Shown here one piece after another: positions 1-8,097 of a stretch of DNA of 31,981 nt (positions within the stretch are counted from its first letter, which is position 1; every line of letters starts with the position of its first letter). This DNA is from a virus (lineage: Duplodnaviria; Caudoviricetes): positions 1 through 31,981 of IMG/VR virus record IMGVR_UViG_3300017650_000022; one strand, given 5' to 3'. The translations under genes were made by a program, and so were the position numbers. The notes beneath the pieces were generated by a model that saw only the letters and a program-made list of their open reading frames with translations, was not told the origin of the DNA and ran no database searches.

Positions 1-22
1 ATACAACAAAAAAGATATATTT

Positions 23-74
23 TATATCTAAATGATATATATTATTGTAACTTATTATATATCAATATGATATT
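23..74. promoter_or_regulatory. Two TATATC-N5-GATATA palindromic operator sites (23-39 perfect; 58-74 one mismatch)
   Basis: TATATCtaaatGATATA and TATATCaatatGATATT; the same motif recurs at 9108, 14821, 19519 and 24070. Confidence 0.65.
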
Positions 75-79
75 TTTTA

Positions 80-352
80 TCACACCCCTAATCCTTTGCT
101 TAATCTAGCGCCAACGCTAAAGAAATCCATGCTGCTTTCTCGGGCTTCGGCGCCCCTGTCGTCAGTTTCGTTTGGAGGTATGGTGGCCAACAGCATGATA
201 ATATTGGCGTAACTGAGTCCATCAACTACGTACTCAAATGACCATCCGAAGTATTTGCAGATGTTTCCAATGAAAGCCCATGGGCTTTCTGATCCTGGAT
301 ATTCTCTATCTTTATCCTTACCTGATTTAGGTATGTTGTAATAAGAAAAAAA
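80..352 (-). CDS. -1 frameshift extension of the tail assembly chaperone (gpGT-like C-terminal part; fusion ~207 aa)
   Basis: The -1 frame is open from the T7 run (346-352) to TGA at 80-82: FFSYYNIPKSGKDKDREYPGSESPWAFIGNICKYFGWSFEYVVDGLSYANIIMLLATIPP...LSKGLGV. Position matches the lambda G/GT arrangement. Confidence 0.75.
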   Translation of the reverse strand, partial: FFSYYNIPKSGKDKDREYPGSESPWAFIGNICKYFGWSFEYVVDGLSYANIIMLLATIPPNETDDRGAEARESSMDFFSVGARLSKGLGV

Positions 353-702
353 CGCTTGACGTCCAGCGCCTCCACCACTGCGAGTACTGTAGATTCAAGT
401 TGATCTATTGTCAATTTTTCCATTAATTCTTGCGGCAGGGAATCTGGGCAATCAGGCGCATTATGCACTAGCTCTGCTACTACTCTGGCTGTTACCTCAA
501 TATTATTGGTCAGCAGATTATGGATGTTAAGCTTTTCGTCAGTTACTTCCATCTTTACATCTGCCAGCAAAGAGTTTATCCGATGCATTGTCCCAAGAGT
601 TGTTGCAGGCGCATAAAGCATGCTGCCGTCATTTAGTACTGCAATTGATTTCTTCGTGGAAGCAACAGTACTTGATATTGATTTTATTTGTTCTGGTGTC
701 AT
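226..702 (-). CDS. Tail assembly chaperone (gpG-like)
   Basis: 158 aa, downstream of the tail tube gene, with a slippery heptamer near the 3' end and an open -1 frame. Confidence 0.75.
   Translation of the reverse strand: MTPEQIKSISSTVASTKKSIAVLNDGSMLYAPATTLGTMHRINSLLADVKMEVTDEKLNIHNLLTNNIEVTARVVAELVHNAPDCPDSLPQELMEKLTIDQLESTVLAVVEALDVKRFFLITTYLNQVRIKIENIQDQKAHGLSLETSANTSDGHLST
346..352 (-). other. Programmed -1 ribosomal frameshift slippery site T TTT TTT
   Basis: mRNA reads CGT TTT TTT CTT, an in-frame X XXY YYZ heptamer. Confidence 0.7.
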
Positions 703-1397
703 TGATTGAATGATATATATTTTGAACTATGCTGATTAGCGTAGAAATAGGATTCTCCCGAAGCCATTAGCTTCTTTCTTTCTACTTCGTTGAATGTCCT
801 TTTTACCTGTCCGTACTGATCCATCGAATGGAATAGCTTATCTGAATCGATGACATCCATAAATCTATGAGGTGTAAGCCCTGCGTTATGTATTCTCCTG
901 CTGAGATCAGTATGCTCATATTTTCCTAGCCCAAATTCGGTATCAAATCCACCTACGATGTTCAGGCATTTTCTTGTGAAGTACATCATGCACCCACACC
1001 CTAATTGATGTATCATAAATCCGTCATTAACATATCCACTATTCCAAGAGCTGGTGCCCTCCCACCCAGAAGTGAATGTAAAGCATAAGTGGTTAACTCC
1101 AGACTGTATATAGGGCAAGTGCCAACCTTCCATTTTCGGATAACAGTCGTCATCAAACAAAAAGATATGATCTGCTCCCCAGTCATAGGCTAGTTCGAAA
1201 CATTTGTTTTTAGCTCGGGGAATGCCAACCCTTTCGCAAAATCTATAATCCGAATCGCAATATGTAATATCGCTGGCATCGTCCACTATGAACAGCGCCG
1301 CACCTTCAGGCAAATATTCTTGTATATGCAGATATGTTGTTGCGAACGCTTCTGGTCTATTTCGAGTTGTTATGCAAATAGCGATTTTAGCATTCAT
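699..1397 (-). CDS. Glycosyltransferase, GT-A/GT2-like
   Basis: Motifs ICITTRNR, IVDDAS, GIPRAKNKC, FLFDDDCYP (DxD) and GGFDTEFGLGKYEH. No transmembrane segment evident. Confidence 0.9.
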   Translation of the reverse strand: MNAKIAICITTRNRPEAFATTYLHIQEYLPEGAALFIVDDASDITYCDSDYRFCERVGIPRAKNKCFELAYDWGADHIFLFDDDCYPKMEGWHLPYIQSGVNHLCFTFTSGWEGTSSWNSGYVNDGFMIHQLGCGCMMYFTRKCLNIVGGFDTEFGLGKYEHTDLSRRIHNAGLTPHRFMDVIDSDKLFHSMDQYGQVKRTFNEVERKKLMASGESYFYANQHSSKYISFNQ

Positions 1398-1494
1398 CCC
1401 ACCAGTCTATTTTAAAGTTCTTATCCGTTAAATATCTCCAGTAAATACTTGGCCTTTTAATAGCGAACTTGATATGAGTGATTATATTTTTCAT
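1387..1494 (-). CDS. Small 35-aa ORF (MKNIITHIKFAIKRPSIYWRYLTDKNFKIDWWDEC)
   Basis: Read manually. Its ATG overlaps the kinase stop (ATGA) and its stop overlaps the start region of the next glycosyltransferase, filling the gap exactly. Confidence 0.6.
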   Translation of the reverse strand: MKNIITHIKFAIKRPSIYWRYLTDKNFKIDWWDEC

Positions 1495-1967
1495 TTCTTC
1501 CAAAATTTACCCGGACATATATCCCATGGCCGGTTCCATGATACACCATCATTTCCTTCAACTTCCCAAGCCTGATCAACTCCTGCTGCACCTGATCCAT
1601 ATAGGTCATAGGACACACAACCGTTTCGCTCCATCAGGTTTTCCCAATCGATCAGCAGTACACCGCGTGTCGGGTGAATGACAACATTGCATAGCGCAAT
1701 ATCACCATGCCAATAACCTTTATTATGAATAGCTATTATCAACTTCCTTAGATCGTCCCTATACTTGATAGATTGGTTTTTAGGAAGGTCAAGAATGGGT
1801 GTCAGCTTTTCTGTCCCAAGCCATCCTTCGCCATAACCAACCAGTTTAGGTGCAGCAAATGACAGAGTCTGGTAAGCTAATACTTCTTTCTCCCATTTAT
1901 CGCGGTAACTTTCAGGATAAACTTTAAGTACCGTGTCTTTCCTTATTTCAACTTCTGCGTAGCCCAT
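1491..1967 (-). CDS. Minimal protein-kinase-like phosphotransferase (APH/Kdo/RIO-like fold)
   Basis: VLK lysine, E in helix C (EKE), catalytic loop HGDIALCN and metal-binding LIDWE. Confidence 0.8.
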   Translation of the reverse strand: MGYAEVEIRKDTVLKVYPESYRDKWEKEVLAYQTLSFAAPKLVGYGEGWLGTEKLTPILDLPKNQSIKYRDDLRKLIIAIHNKGYWHGDIALCNVVIHPTRGVLLIDWENLMERNGCVSYDLYGSGAAGVDQAWEVEGNDGVSWNRPWDICPGKFWKK

Positions 1968-3394
1968 TACTTATGTTTAAACCAACTGAAACCATTCCTT
2001 TCCTCGGCTTTGAACCTGGTGCAAACCTGTCCTCCATGCCTAAGTTTGTCGTTAAAGTGTTTGCGGACGACGTAGTTGAATGCGCCCATGTCAGTAGTCC
2101 CCGCGTCTGGTATCCCGTGGTGCCTGTGATCGTAATAGCAGAAGTAATAAAAGTCTGTTATGGCGCGACAGAATTCGATAACAATCTCGCATTGACCTCC
2201 CAATATACCGGCGTTGACAAGTTGGTATTTCTTCCCGTATGCTTTAAAGAAGTCAACTAACGGTGGTGCTTTATGATTAGCCTTCATCCAGCCCCCTTCG
2301 TCATCCAAAGTTTTATTTTCGTCACCTGTATATAGATAATCTCCTAATGCACTCCAATCAGGCTCATTAAGCATCTCAACGTCCGATCCATCAACACAGA
2401 ACACGTTGCCGACCCAATGTTTATTGGCTACAAGCCACTCCCTATAAGACACCCATCTTTGAAAATATGGATTGATTGATGTCTCAACCCTAACGAACTT
2501 AACGGCGTCAGTGTCCTCATCTTCTAAGCAATCTGTTAACACGACAACCTTAGCCCCTTTAACACTCTTAATAAGCGGCTGCAACACTTTGCTTTCACTG
2601 GCCCACGATCTGTTATCCTGTGTGTCCTTGACGCCATTGAAATAGCACGTAAGAATAACGTTCTCTTTTTCCATGAAAGGGAAATAATAATCTTCATGCC
2701 TCCGTTCCATAAATATCTTTTCAGAGTGCTCAACACAGGCGTCGCGTTCTTTTCCTGTTACTGTGCTAACAACCTTTTCATGTTCGTCGAGCGACATAAA
2801 GAGTCCTTTGCTACTAGCGATGTCCATATATCTAAATGACGTTAAACCCGCCATGTATATCCTGTCGCTCCACGAAGGGTGCTCACAACCCCACTTGCCG
2901 TATACGGTGTCCATCCCCCCGACTCTATCCAATACCTCTCGGGTACAGTAAACCATTACACCGCGTGTTTGCAGGTAGGCGACCTTTGTGCTGTCACGGT
3001 ATACCTCCCACAAGCCAAAGTTGTAGTTAAGGTGCGGTTCTTTATGGTTTATGTATGGCAAGTGCCAGTTTGGCACCAACGGGTAACAATCATCATCAAA
3101 TAGAAAGAAATGGGTACAGCCAGCCTTATACAAAAGATCTAGGCATTTGTTCTTTGCGGCCGCAATCCCAGCGTTTTTTTCAAACCGATAATCAGCCTCT
3201 TTAACAGGCGTGGTGCTCGCATCGTCCACAACGACTAACACGGCGCCTTTTGGAAGAAACCTTTTTATTTCCTCATGGCTTTTTTTGAATACATCGTACC
3301 TGTTATATGTGGTAATGGCAACGCCGACCTTAACGCCTTTGGAGGCGCTGTCTACTTCATCTAATAGGGCTTTGATCTGCTCTATCGTACTCAT
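1967..3394 (-). CDS. Two-domain glycosyltransferase: N-terminal GT2-like domain plus a second C-terminal GT-A domain
   Basis: N-half is a paralog of 699-1397 (AITTYNR, VVDDAS, AKNKC, FLFDDDCYP). C-half carries CVDGSDV, VNAGILGG and DMGAFN motifs. Confidence 0.88.
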   Translation of the reverse strand: MSTIEQIKALLDEVDSASKGVKVGVAITTYNRYDVFKKSHEEIKRFLPKGAVLVVVDDASTTPVKEADYRFEKNAGIAAAKNKCLDLLYKAGCTHFFLFDDDCYPLVPNWHLPYINHKEPHLNYNFGLWEVYRDSTKVAYLQTRGVMVYCTREVLDRVGGMDTVYGKWGCEHPSWSDRIYMAGLTSFRYMDIASSKGLFMSLDEHEKVVSTVTGKERDACVEHSEKIFMERRHEDYYFPFMEKENVILTCYFNGVKDTQDNRSWASESKVLQPLIKSVKGAKVVVLTDCLEDEDTDAVKFVRVETSINPYFQRWVSYREWLVANKHWVGNVFCVDGSDVEMLNEPDWSALGDYLYTGDENKTLDDEGGWMKANHKAPPLVDFFKAYGKKYQLVNAGILGGQCEIVIEFCRAITDFYYFCYYDHRHHGIPDAGTTDMGAFNYVVRKHFNDKLRHGGQVCTRFKAEERNGFSWFKHK

Positions 3395-3666
3395 TGTCCT
3401 ACCTCCTCCAAATGGCTCTTTAAGCGCTCATAAGTCCATGGACATATAAAATCCATTCCGTTATAAAGCACAACACTCATGTCACACCCATCTTCCCTGT
3501 ATGGACCAATACCTGCTATTTCATAAAACGTCATTTGCTTTAACTCACAATCCTCAATAGATGTTTCTTTGCCAAGAAGCTCGTTAAGCTCTTCCTCGCC
3601 TTCTGGATCGTGATATATTGGTAGCTCAATACCTTTAAAAGCTACACTATAGGTTAGCTCTGCCAT
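3391..3666 (-). CDS. Hypothetical acidic protein, first gene of the GT cassette
   Basis: 91 aa ORF; its stop overlaps the GT start (ATGA). Confidence 0.7.
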   Translation of the reverse strand: MAELTYSVAFKGIELPIYHDPEGEEELNELLGKETSIEDCELKQMTFYEIAGIGPYREDGCDMSVVLYNGMDFICPWTYERLKSHLEEVGQ

Positions 3667-3699
3667 CTTGCCAAGTTTTAATAGTTAAAGTGCCATTTT

Positions 3700-3729
3700 A
3701 AAGAAAGGGAGTGCGAGCGCATCTCCCCC
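3700..3729 (-). terminator. Intrinsic terminator after the tail tube gene
   Basis: mRNA GGGAG-A-TGC-GCTC-GCA-CTCCC followed by TTTCTTT. Confidence 0.6.
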
Positions 3730-3748
3730 TCTAATCCCTTGGCAAGGG

Positions 3749-4288
3749 TTAAGTTGTAGGAGTTGAAGGAATATACCTGAAACCCCATGGCGACATTGGA
3801 TTTCCGTCTCCGTCGTCAGGAGTTGTTGCGCGTGCCGTAAACGACATTGCGAACATGTCTGTCCTGGTTAATGGATCAGGGAACCCTGCTGTAACAGCAC
3901 CAACTGGTATAAACAACTGGAATTTCTTGCCCTCAAATGGTTTTGAGGTAACCCGAAAGGCAAATTGTTGAACAACTGGCTGAGCTGGATATAAGAATTC
4001 TTGGTCTGTATCATTCCATGTACCTCCGAATAAATCTGCGGCTTTCTCTCCATCGATATCGAGGGAAGAAGCTGCGACCGTGGCGGGATCTGTATCGCCG
4101 GGCAACACGAACCTGATTCCAGATTTATCCTCTACACGGATATCGTTCGTTGCAACCTCAGGGACTGTAATAGCCAATGAGTTGTCCCGGATATCCACTA
4201 TTTTTTTCCAACCCGTGGTTGGCATGGTTCCATCCCCTGAAATGGGAGCGTATTCTAATGATTCTACGCCTGTTACTGGTGTTGGCAT
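3749..4288 (-). CDS. Major tail (tube) protein
   Basis: 179 aa beta-rich protein following the tail terminator gene and upstream of the chaperone; ends YIPSTPTT. Confidence 0.8.
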   Translation of the reverse strand: MPTPVTGVESLEYAPISGDGTMPTTGWKKIVDIRDNSLAITVPEVATNDIRVEDKSGIRFVLPGDTDPATVAASSLDIDGEKAADLFGGTWNDTDQEFLYPAQPVVQQFAFRVTSKPFEGKKFQLFIPVGAVTAGFPDPLTRTDMFAMSFTARATTPDDGDGNPMSPWGFRYIPSTPTT

Positions 4289-4299
4289 AATTTTTAATT

Positions 4300-4710
4300 T
4301 TAAGAGGCGTCTTGCCTCAGTGAATAATATCTTAATCTGATGTTGGCAAAATGACTGTTGTTGTCATCCTTTATGATCTCGGCAGGTTTATCTAGTCTGT
4401 AGAAGTAATCGTACTCATATCGTTCGTTGAATAGATCGATCACAAGGGGAATTAAAGCTCTGAACCGTTCAAGATTGGGTTGATATCCCAATGTTCCTGC
4501 ATCGATGTCGGGCACATGAATGTTCACGTTGATTACACCCTCCTGCGTTTGCAATGCATTCAACGCCAGCACCCCTACCACCACATCTTCTTTTTTACTG
4601 TTATCAGGTCGCTGCATTTTGCACACAAGTCCTGAAATTGGCAATGAGGCCGCTATCAGAATTTTTGCTGTTTCGTCAATAATGTCTATACCTGTTTTTA
4701 CCGTTTTCAT
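4300..4710 (-). CDS. Tail terminator/completion protein
   Basis: 136 aa, gene order, and an INVNIHVP-type beta motif. Confidence 0.65.
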   Translation of the reverse strand: MKTVKTGIDIIDETAKILIAASLPISGLVCKMQRPDNSKKEDVVVGVLALNALQTQEGVINVNIHVPDIDAGTLGYQPNLERFRALIPLVIDLFNERYEYDYFYRLDKPAEIIKDDNNSHFANIRLRYYSLRQDAS

Positions 4711-4713
4711 TGT

Positions 4714-5175
4714 TTATGCTGCTTTAGCTCTATTCCAAGCCTCCCTAACTTTGCTTTCAAGTCCGAGTGTGGATCCGGTAGTAACATCACGTCCTCTCGC
4801 CTCTACCCAGCTAGCGTATTCCATCCCTGCTACGAAAATTATTGCCCAACCCTTTTTGTACTGCTTGGCAATGTCATTAGCGTACTTTTCTCCTGCCGTC
4901 AACCCCTCCGATCCCTGTAATTTTATTTCAAAGCTTTTTGCCAACTGTTGACCATTGTGAATAATTATGTATCCGATAGACGACCGTAAGTTTCCTGTCT
5001 GATCGTTGAAGCCTCCGTCACTGGGGCTTTTCTGCCTCATCTTAGTTACCGCCTCCAATCCAATAGCATCTAGCTCAATTTTCAGTATCTGCATGAAGCG
5101 ATAAACCTCTTGCTCAACCTGCTGTTGTAGTTGCGATGGACTTGTTTTTCGTGTTACCTTGATGTTCATATCCAC
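4714..5175 (-). CDS. HK97 gp10-like neck/tail completion protein
   Basis: DQTGNLRSSI and AGMEYASWVE motifs typical of this family. Confidence 0.8.
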   Translation of the reverse strand: MDMNIKVTRKTSPSQLQQQVEQEVYRFMQILKIELDAIGLEAVTKMRQKSPSDGGFNDQTGNLRSSIGYIIIHNGQQLAKSFEIKLQGSEGLTAGEKYANDIAKQYKKGWAIIFVAGMEYASWVEARGRDVTTGSTLGLESKVREAWNRAKAA

Positions 5176-5477
5176 CCCCTTGAATGCAGTTGACCTTTTT
5201 TGAACCTGATCATTTCCTTTTTTCCTTCAAAGTACTTGCTGCATGATACATCTATCTGTTGAGGTAGTTCGGTTCCTTCTGGAAAGCATAGATCGAATGC
5301 GTAAACAACTTCTTCTCCGTCCGCTTTCTCTACCCTGCGCCCAGCCCCATTTGGAGTAAACCTGCATACTACCTCACGCTCTTCCATCGTTACTGGAATA
5401 TAATCACCTGTAACAGGATCATATCCTCCTTCTGTTGGAATGTACGCTATCAATATGTCTGGATACTGCTCAATCAT
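5166..5477 (-). CDS. Head closure / head-tail adaptor protein
   Basis: 103 aa, gene order after the connector, GGYDPVTGDY motif. Confidence 0.6.
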   Translation of the reverse strand: MIEQYPDILIAYIPTEGGYDPVTGDYIPVTMEEREVVCRFTPNGAGRRVEKADGEEVVYAFDLCFPEGTELPQQIDVSCSKYFEGKKEMIRFKKGQLHSRGWI

Positions 5478-5499
5478 TTTCTATTGGCGTTCATTATGG

Positions 5500-5817
5500 T
5501 TACCATCCTCTGTAAGCTGTTATAGCGGGCGCAAACGGATCGGGTATTCCATACATATCGCACAACAGGGCAAACACCTCTTTTAGCCCGTCAATGTCCT
5601 GCATAGTAATGGAATAATCCAACTCGCTTACGCTCTTGGGTAAAGACATAACCCACAGAATAAGCCCTTTTATCACGTTTACAAACTCCTTCGACTTGTC
5701 TTCACTATAAGGATCATCAGCGTCCAGTCCTTGACGGGCAAGCTGAAACTCTATTGCCGATTCAGGCAGTTTGCCGAAGATTGCTGTTTGCGATAAAATG
5801 GCTTCTTTGTAGGTCAT
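5500..5817 (-). CDS. Head-tail connector protein
   Basis: 105 aa directly after the capsid gene; SVSELDYSIT beta hairpin. Confidence 0.6.
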   Translation of the reverse strand: MTYKEAILSQTAIFGKLPESAIEFQLARQGLDADDPYSEDKSKEFVNVIKGLILWVMSLPKSVSELDYSITMQDIDGLKEVFALLCDMYGIPDPFAPAITAYRGW

Positions 5818-5821
5818 GTTG

Positions 5822-6913
5822 TTATGTGGTTGGAGGAACTACTGTCAACGTGTCCACTTGGAATATTTCATCCACATTGTTGATAACGGGTACCTGACGA
5901 GTCTGGATGTCAGTAAATTCTCCAAATGGTTTATGGGTCACATACTTTGAAATAAGCGCACCATTTTCACCATTTGTATAATTTACAGCCTCAGAACGGT
6001 GTCCGTCTTCAACTACACGTTTCCATACCAATTGTCCAACGTTAGTACCGGTAGTCAATATCACTTTACCTTCATCCCAAGCCTTTACTGTTTTCTTTAC
6101 TCCATCTTTTTCGAACTTAACCGAACGATTGATAATCGTAACCGAAATACCTAATTCAGTTTCCAAGAAGTTCTTGAATTCCTTGCTAGAAGGCGCGGGT
6201 TTTGTGGTTCCGAAATTTCCAGCAAATACGGCATACAGGTCTTTTACTTCCTGAGTTTGACGAGCGTTCTCATAAGACTTTTTATCCATGAATGCGTCGG
6301 TAATGGTTTTGCCTTTAGCATCAGCTTTATCAATAGATCTATTTAAATCACTGATAGGCGTTGCATTAGCTTTGTCGCTCCACAGAGCGATTACTCCGTC
6401 TTTATTGTCGGATAAATAACCATAATCGACACGAACACCTGTACCAACATTGTCATTGTCGGTCAACGCTACTCCAGATGAGAAACCTCTTAAAAATAGA
6501 TATTCCTTTTGTTCTTCAACACCAACGATACATCGTTTAGTGTCATCGAACAACTCTGCGACGATTTCGGATTCGGCGGCATTCTTGGCAATTAATGTGT
6601 CAACCAGATCGAGCTGGTTTTCATTCATCTTCAATTCCATACCGATCTTCGGAATATCTCCTGAAGCAGTAGAAATAGGTGGACGGCTCTTTAAAGGCAA
6701 TGGTGAATCCATTGCAACCACATCCGCTACTACATTCTGGTTGTCCGATGTGATTGAAGTCCATTTACCGTCCACTGACTGCTTTGCTGTCAGCATTGAT
6801 TTGTGAAGGTATGTTGGAGCTTTATCCTCACCGTTAACGGTTTTATAGACTCTTGCTACAAAACCTGTCAAGTACTTTTGGAAGTACTGAATAAATTGTG
6901 ATTGCTCTGCCAT
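5822..6913 (-). CDS. Major capsid protein
   Basis: 363 aa following the scaffold and decoration genes; ADVVAMDSPLP and GDIPKIG motifs of lambda gpE-like capsids; ends VVPPTT. Confidence 0.85.
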   Translation of the reverse strand: MAEQSQFIQYFQKYLTGFVARVYKTVNGEDKAPTYLHKSMLTAKQSVDGKWTSITSDNQNVVADVVAMDSPLPLKSRPPISTASGDIPKIGMELKMNENQLDLVDTLIAKNAAESEIVAELFDDTKRCIVGVEEQKEYLFLRGFSSGVALTDNDNVGTGVRVDYGYLSDNKDGVIALWSDKANATPISDLNRSIDKADAKGKTITDAFMDKKSYENARQTQEVKDLYAVFAGNFGTTKPAPSSKEFKNFLETELGISVTIINRSVKFEKDGVKKTVKAWDEGKVILTTGTNVGQLVWKRVVEDGHRSEAVNYTNGENGALISKYVTHKPFGEFTDIQTRQVPVINNVDEIFQVDTLTVVPPTT

Positions 6914-7323
6914 TACGATAAGTCTGATCTAAATTCAATGTGATTACTCAAAGCAGTTAGAAATGCTGCTTTTATATCTGCTACAGGAAACGGCGAGGCC
7001 GCCTCGTTAACTACTCCCCAAGTCATTACGCCAGCAAATGGACGTTTGGTTAGAATAGTTGCATTTAATACGCCTGCATAAACGTGACCTGACGGAAGTG
7101 AGTCATACTCTTCATTTCCATCTGCCAAAGGCATTGGCTTGTAATCGTCAGAAGACGACTGTTTGATAAGGATGTGCCCTGCCTTGAGCACATCTAACGG
7201 GTACCCCGTAACATCAAGAGTTTTACCGCCTCTAATAGAGACTATGTTTTCAATGATAACTACGCTATCCATTGAATTATCGATGTTAATGGTCTCGTTA
7301 ACTAAATTAGCTTGTACTGCCAT
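6913..7323 (-). CDS. Head decoration protein
   Basis: 136 aa between scaffold and capsid; GGKTLD...LKAGH and G-V-V-N-E-A motifs. Confidence 0.65.
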   Translation of the reverse strand: MAVQANLVNETINIDNSMDSVVIIENIVSIRGGKTLDVTGYPLDVLKAGHILIKQSSSDDYKPMPLADGNEEYDSLPSGHVYAGVLNATILTKRPFAGVMTWGVVNEAASPFPVADIKAAFLTALSNHIEFRSDLS

Positions 7324-7328
7324 TTTTT

Positions 7329-7955
7329 TTAAATTTTAATATTGCCAAAAACTGCGTCAAGCTCTGTCGCTGACGCTTCTTTATTGTTGCCGCCTCCAAA
7401 CCCACCGTTAGGTTTATCTTTTCCGAACGTTACTTCCTTGATGCCTTCAACTGATCCTGTCCAATCGGAAATGTAAGTGTCGAATTCCTCATCGTTTTCA
7501 AAAGACATCTTCTCAATGGTTACAAGAACCTGATTGCGCAGTTTTTCCGGTATCTCTTTAAGAGCTTCAGCGGCTTTAGATTTGTAGCTAGTGACCGTTT
7601 TATCTTTTTTGATACTCTGAATATCTGTTTTCAGGGTTCTTAGTTCTTCCAGTAATGCCTTCATTGGGTCATCCTCATCCTTCTTCTCTTCCTCTTCCTT
7701 CTTTTCGCCAGGCTTTTCCTCTTCTTTCCCTTTGCTTTTCGCCTGAGCTTCCAACGTCCTGATACGGTCATCCTGCTTAGCTAAATCTGCAACCGGATTG
7801 ATCTCGTTGAACTGATCCAATAGCCCGTCGATTTCGTCCTCTTTTTCCGTTTTTCCATCAACCCATTTCGCAATGGCATCAACTCGTTCGTTTGATAATT
7901 GCACGCCTGAGAATTTGCTTTTCAGTAATGCCTTAACTTGTGTTTTTAGTGACAT
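7329..7955 (-). CDS. Capsid scaffolding protein
   Basis: Highly charged helical protein with a K/E-rich linker and a Gly-rich segment before the C-terminal helix; upstream of the capsid genes. Confidence 0.7.
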   Translation of the reverse strand: MSLKTQVKALLKSKFSGVQLSNERVDAIAKWVDGKTEKEDEIDGLLDQFNEINPVADLAKQDDRIRTLEAQAKSKGKEEEKPGEKKEEEEKKDEDDPMKALLEELRTLKTDIQSIKKDKTVTSYKSKAAEALKEIPEKLRNQVLVTIEKMSFENDEEFDTYISDWTGSVEGIKEVTFGKDKPNGGFGGGNNKEASATELDAVFGNIKI

Positions 7956-8026
7956 AATTTCTTGATTGTTTGAGTAATAGCCCGCATTGATCGGCCAAAA
8001 AATGCAGTATACGCCTCGTTCTGACG

Positions 8027-8092
8027 TAAAATTACTCTAGGAAGAAAGGGGTATGAAATCGGTGGTTGGGATATGTTGCGATATCACAACAT
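8027..8092 (-). promoter_or_regulatory. Putative late promoter with an upstream 20-bp palindrome
   Basis: TAATTTTA (variant -7 box) at 8027-8034 on the minus strand; ATGTTGcGATATCaCAACAT at 8073-8092. Confidence 0.45.
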
Positions 8093-8097
8093 TGAAT

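Noticed and set aside
272-289. Perfect 18-bp palindrome GAAAGCCCATGGGCTTTC as the frameshift stimulator
   Set aside because: It lies ~56 nt downstream of the slippery site, much further than the usual 5-9 nt. Role unknown.
699-3394. GT cassette as a serotype-conversion (GtrABC) or DNA hypermodification locus
   Set aside because: No membrane GT, flippase or base hydroxymethylase is seen in the window, and the genes are coupled to late structural genes. Disfavoured but not excluded.
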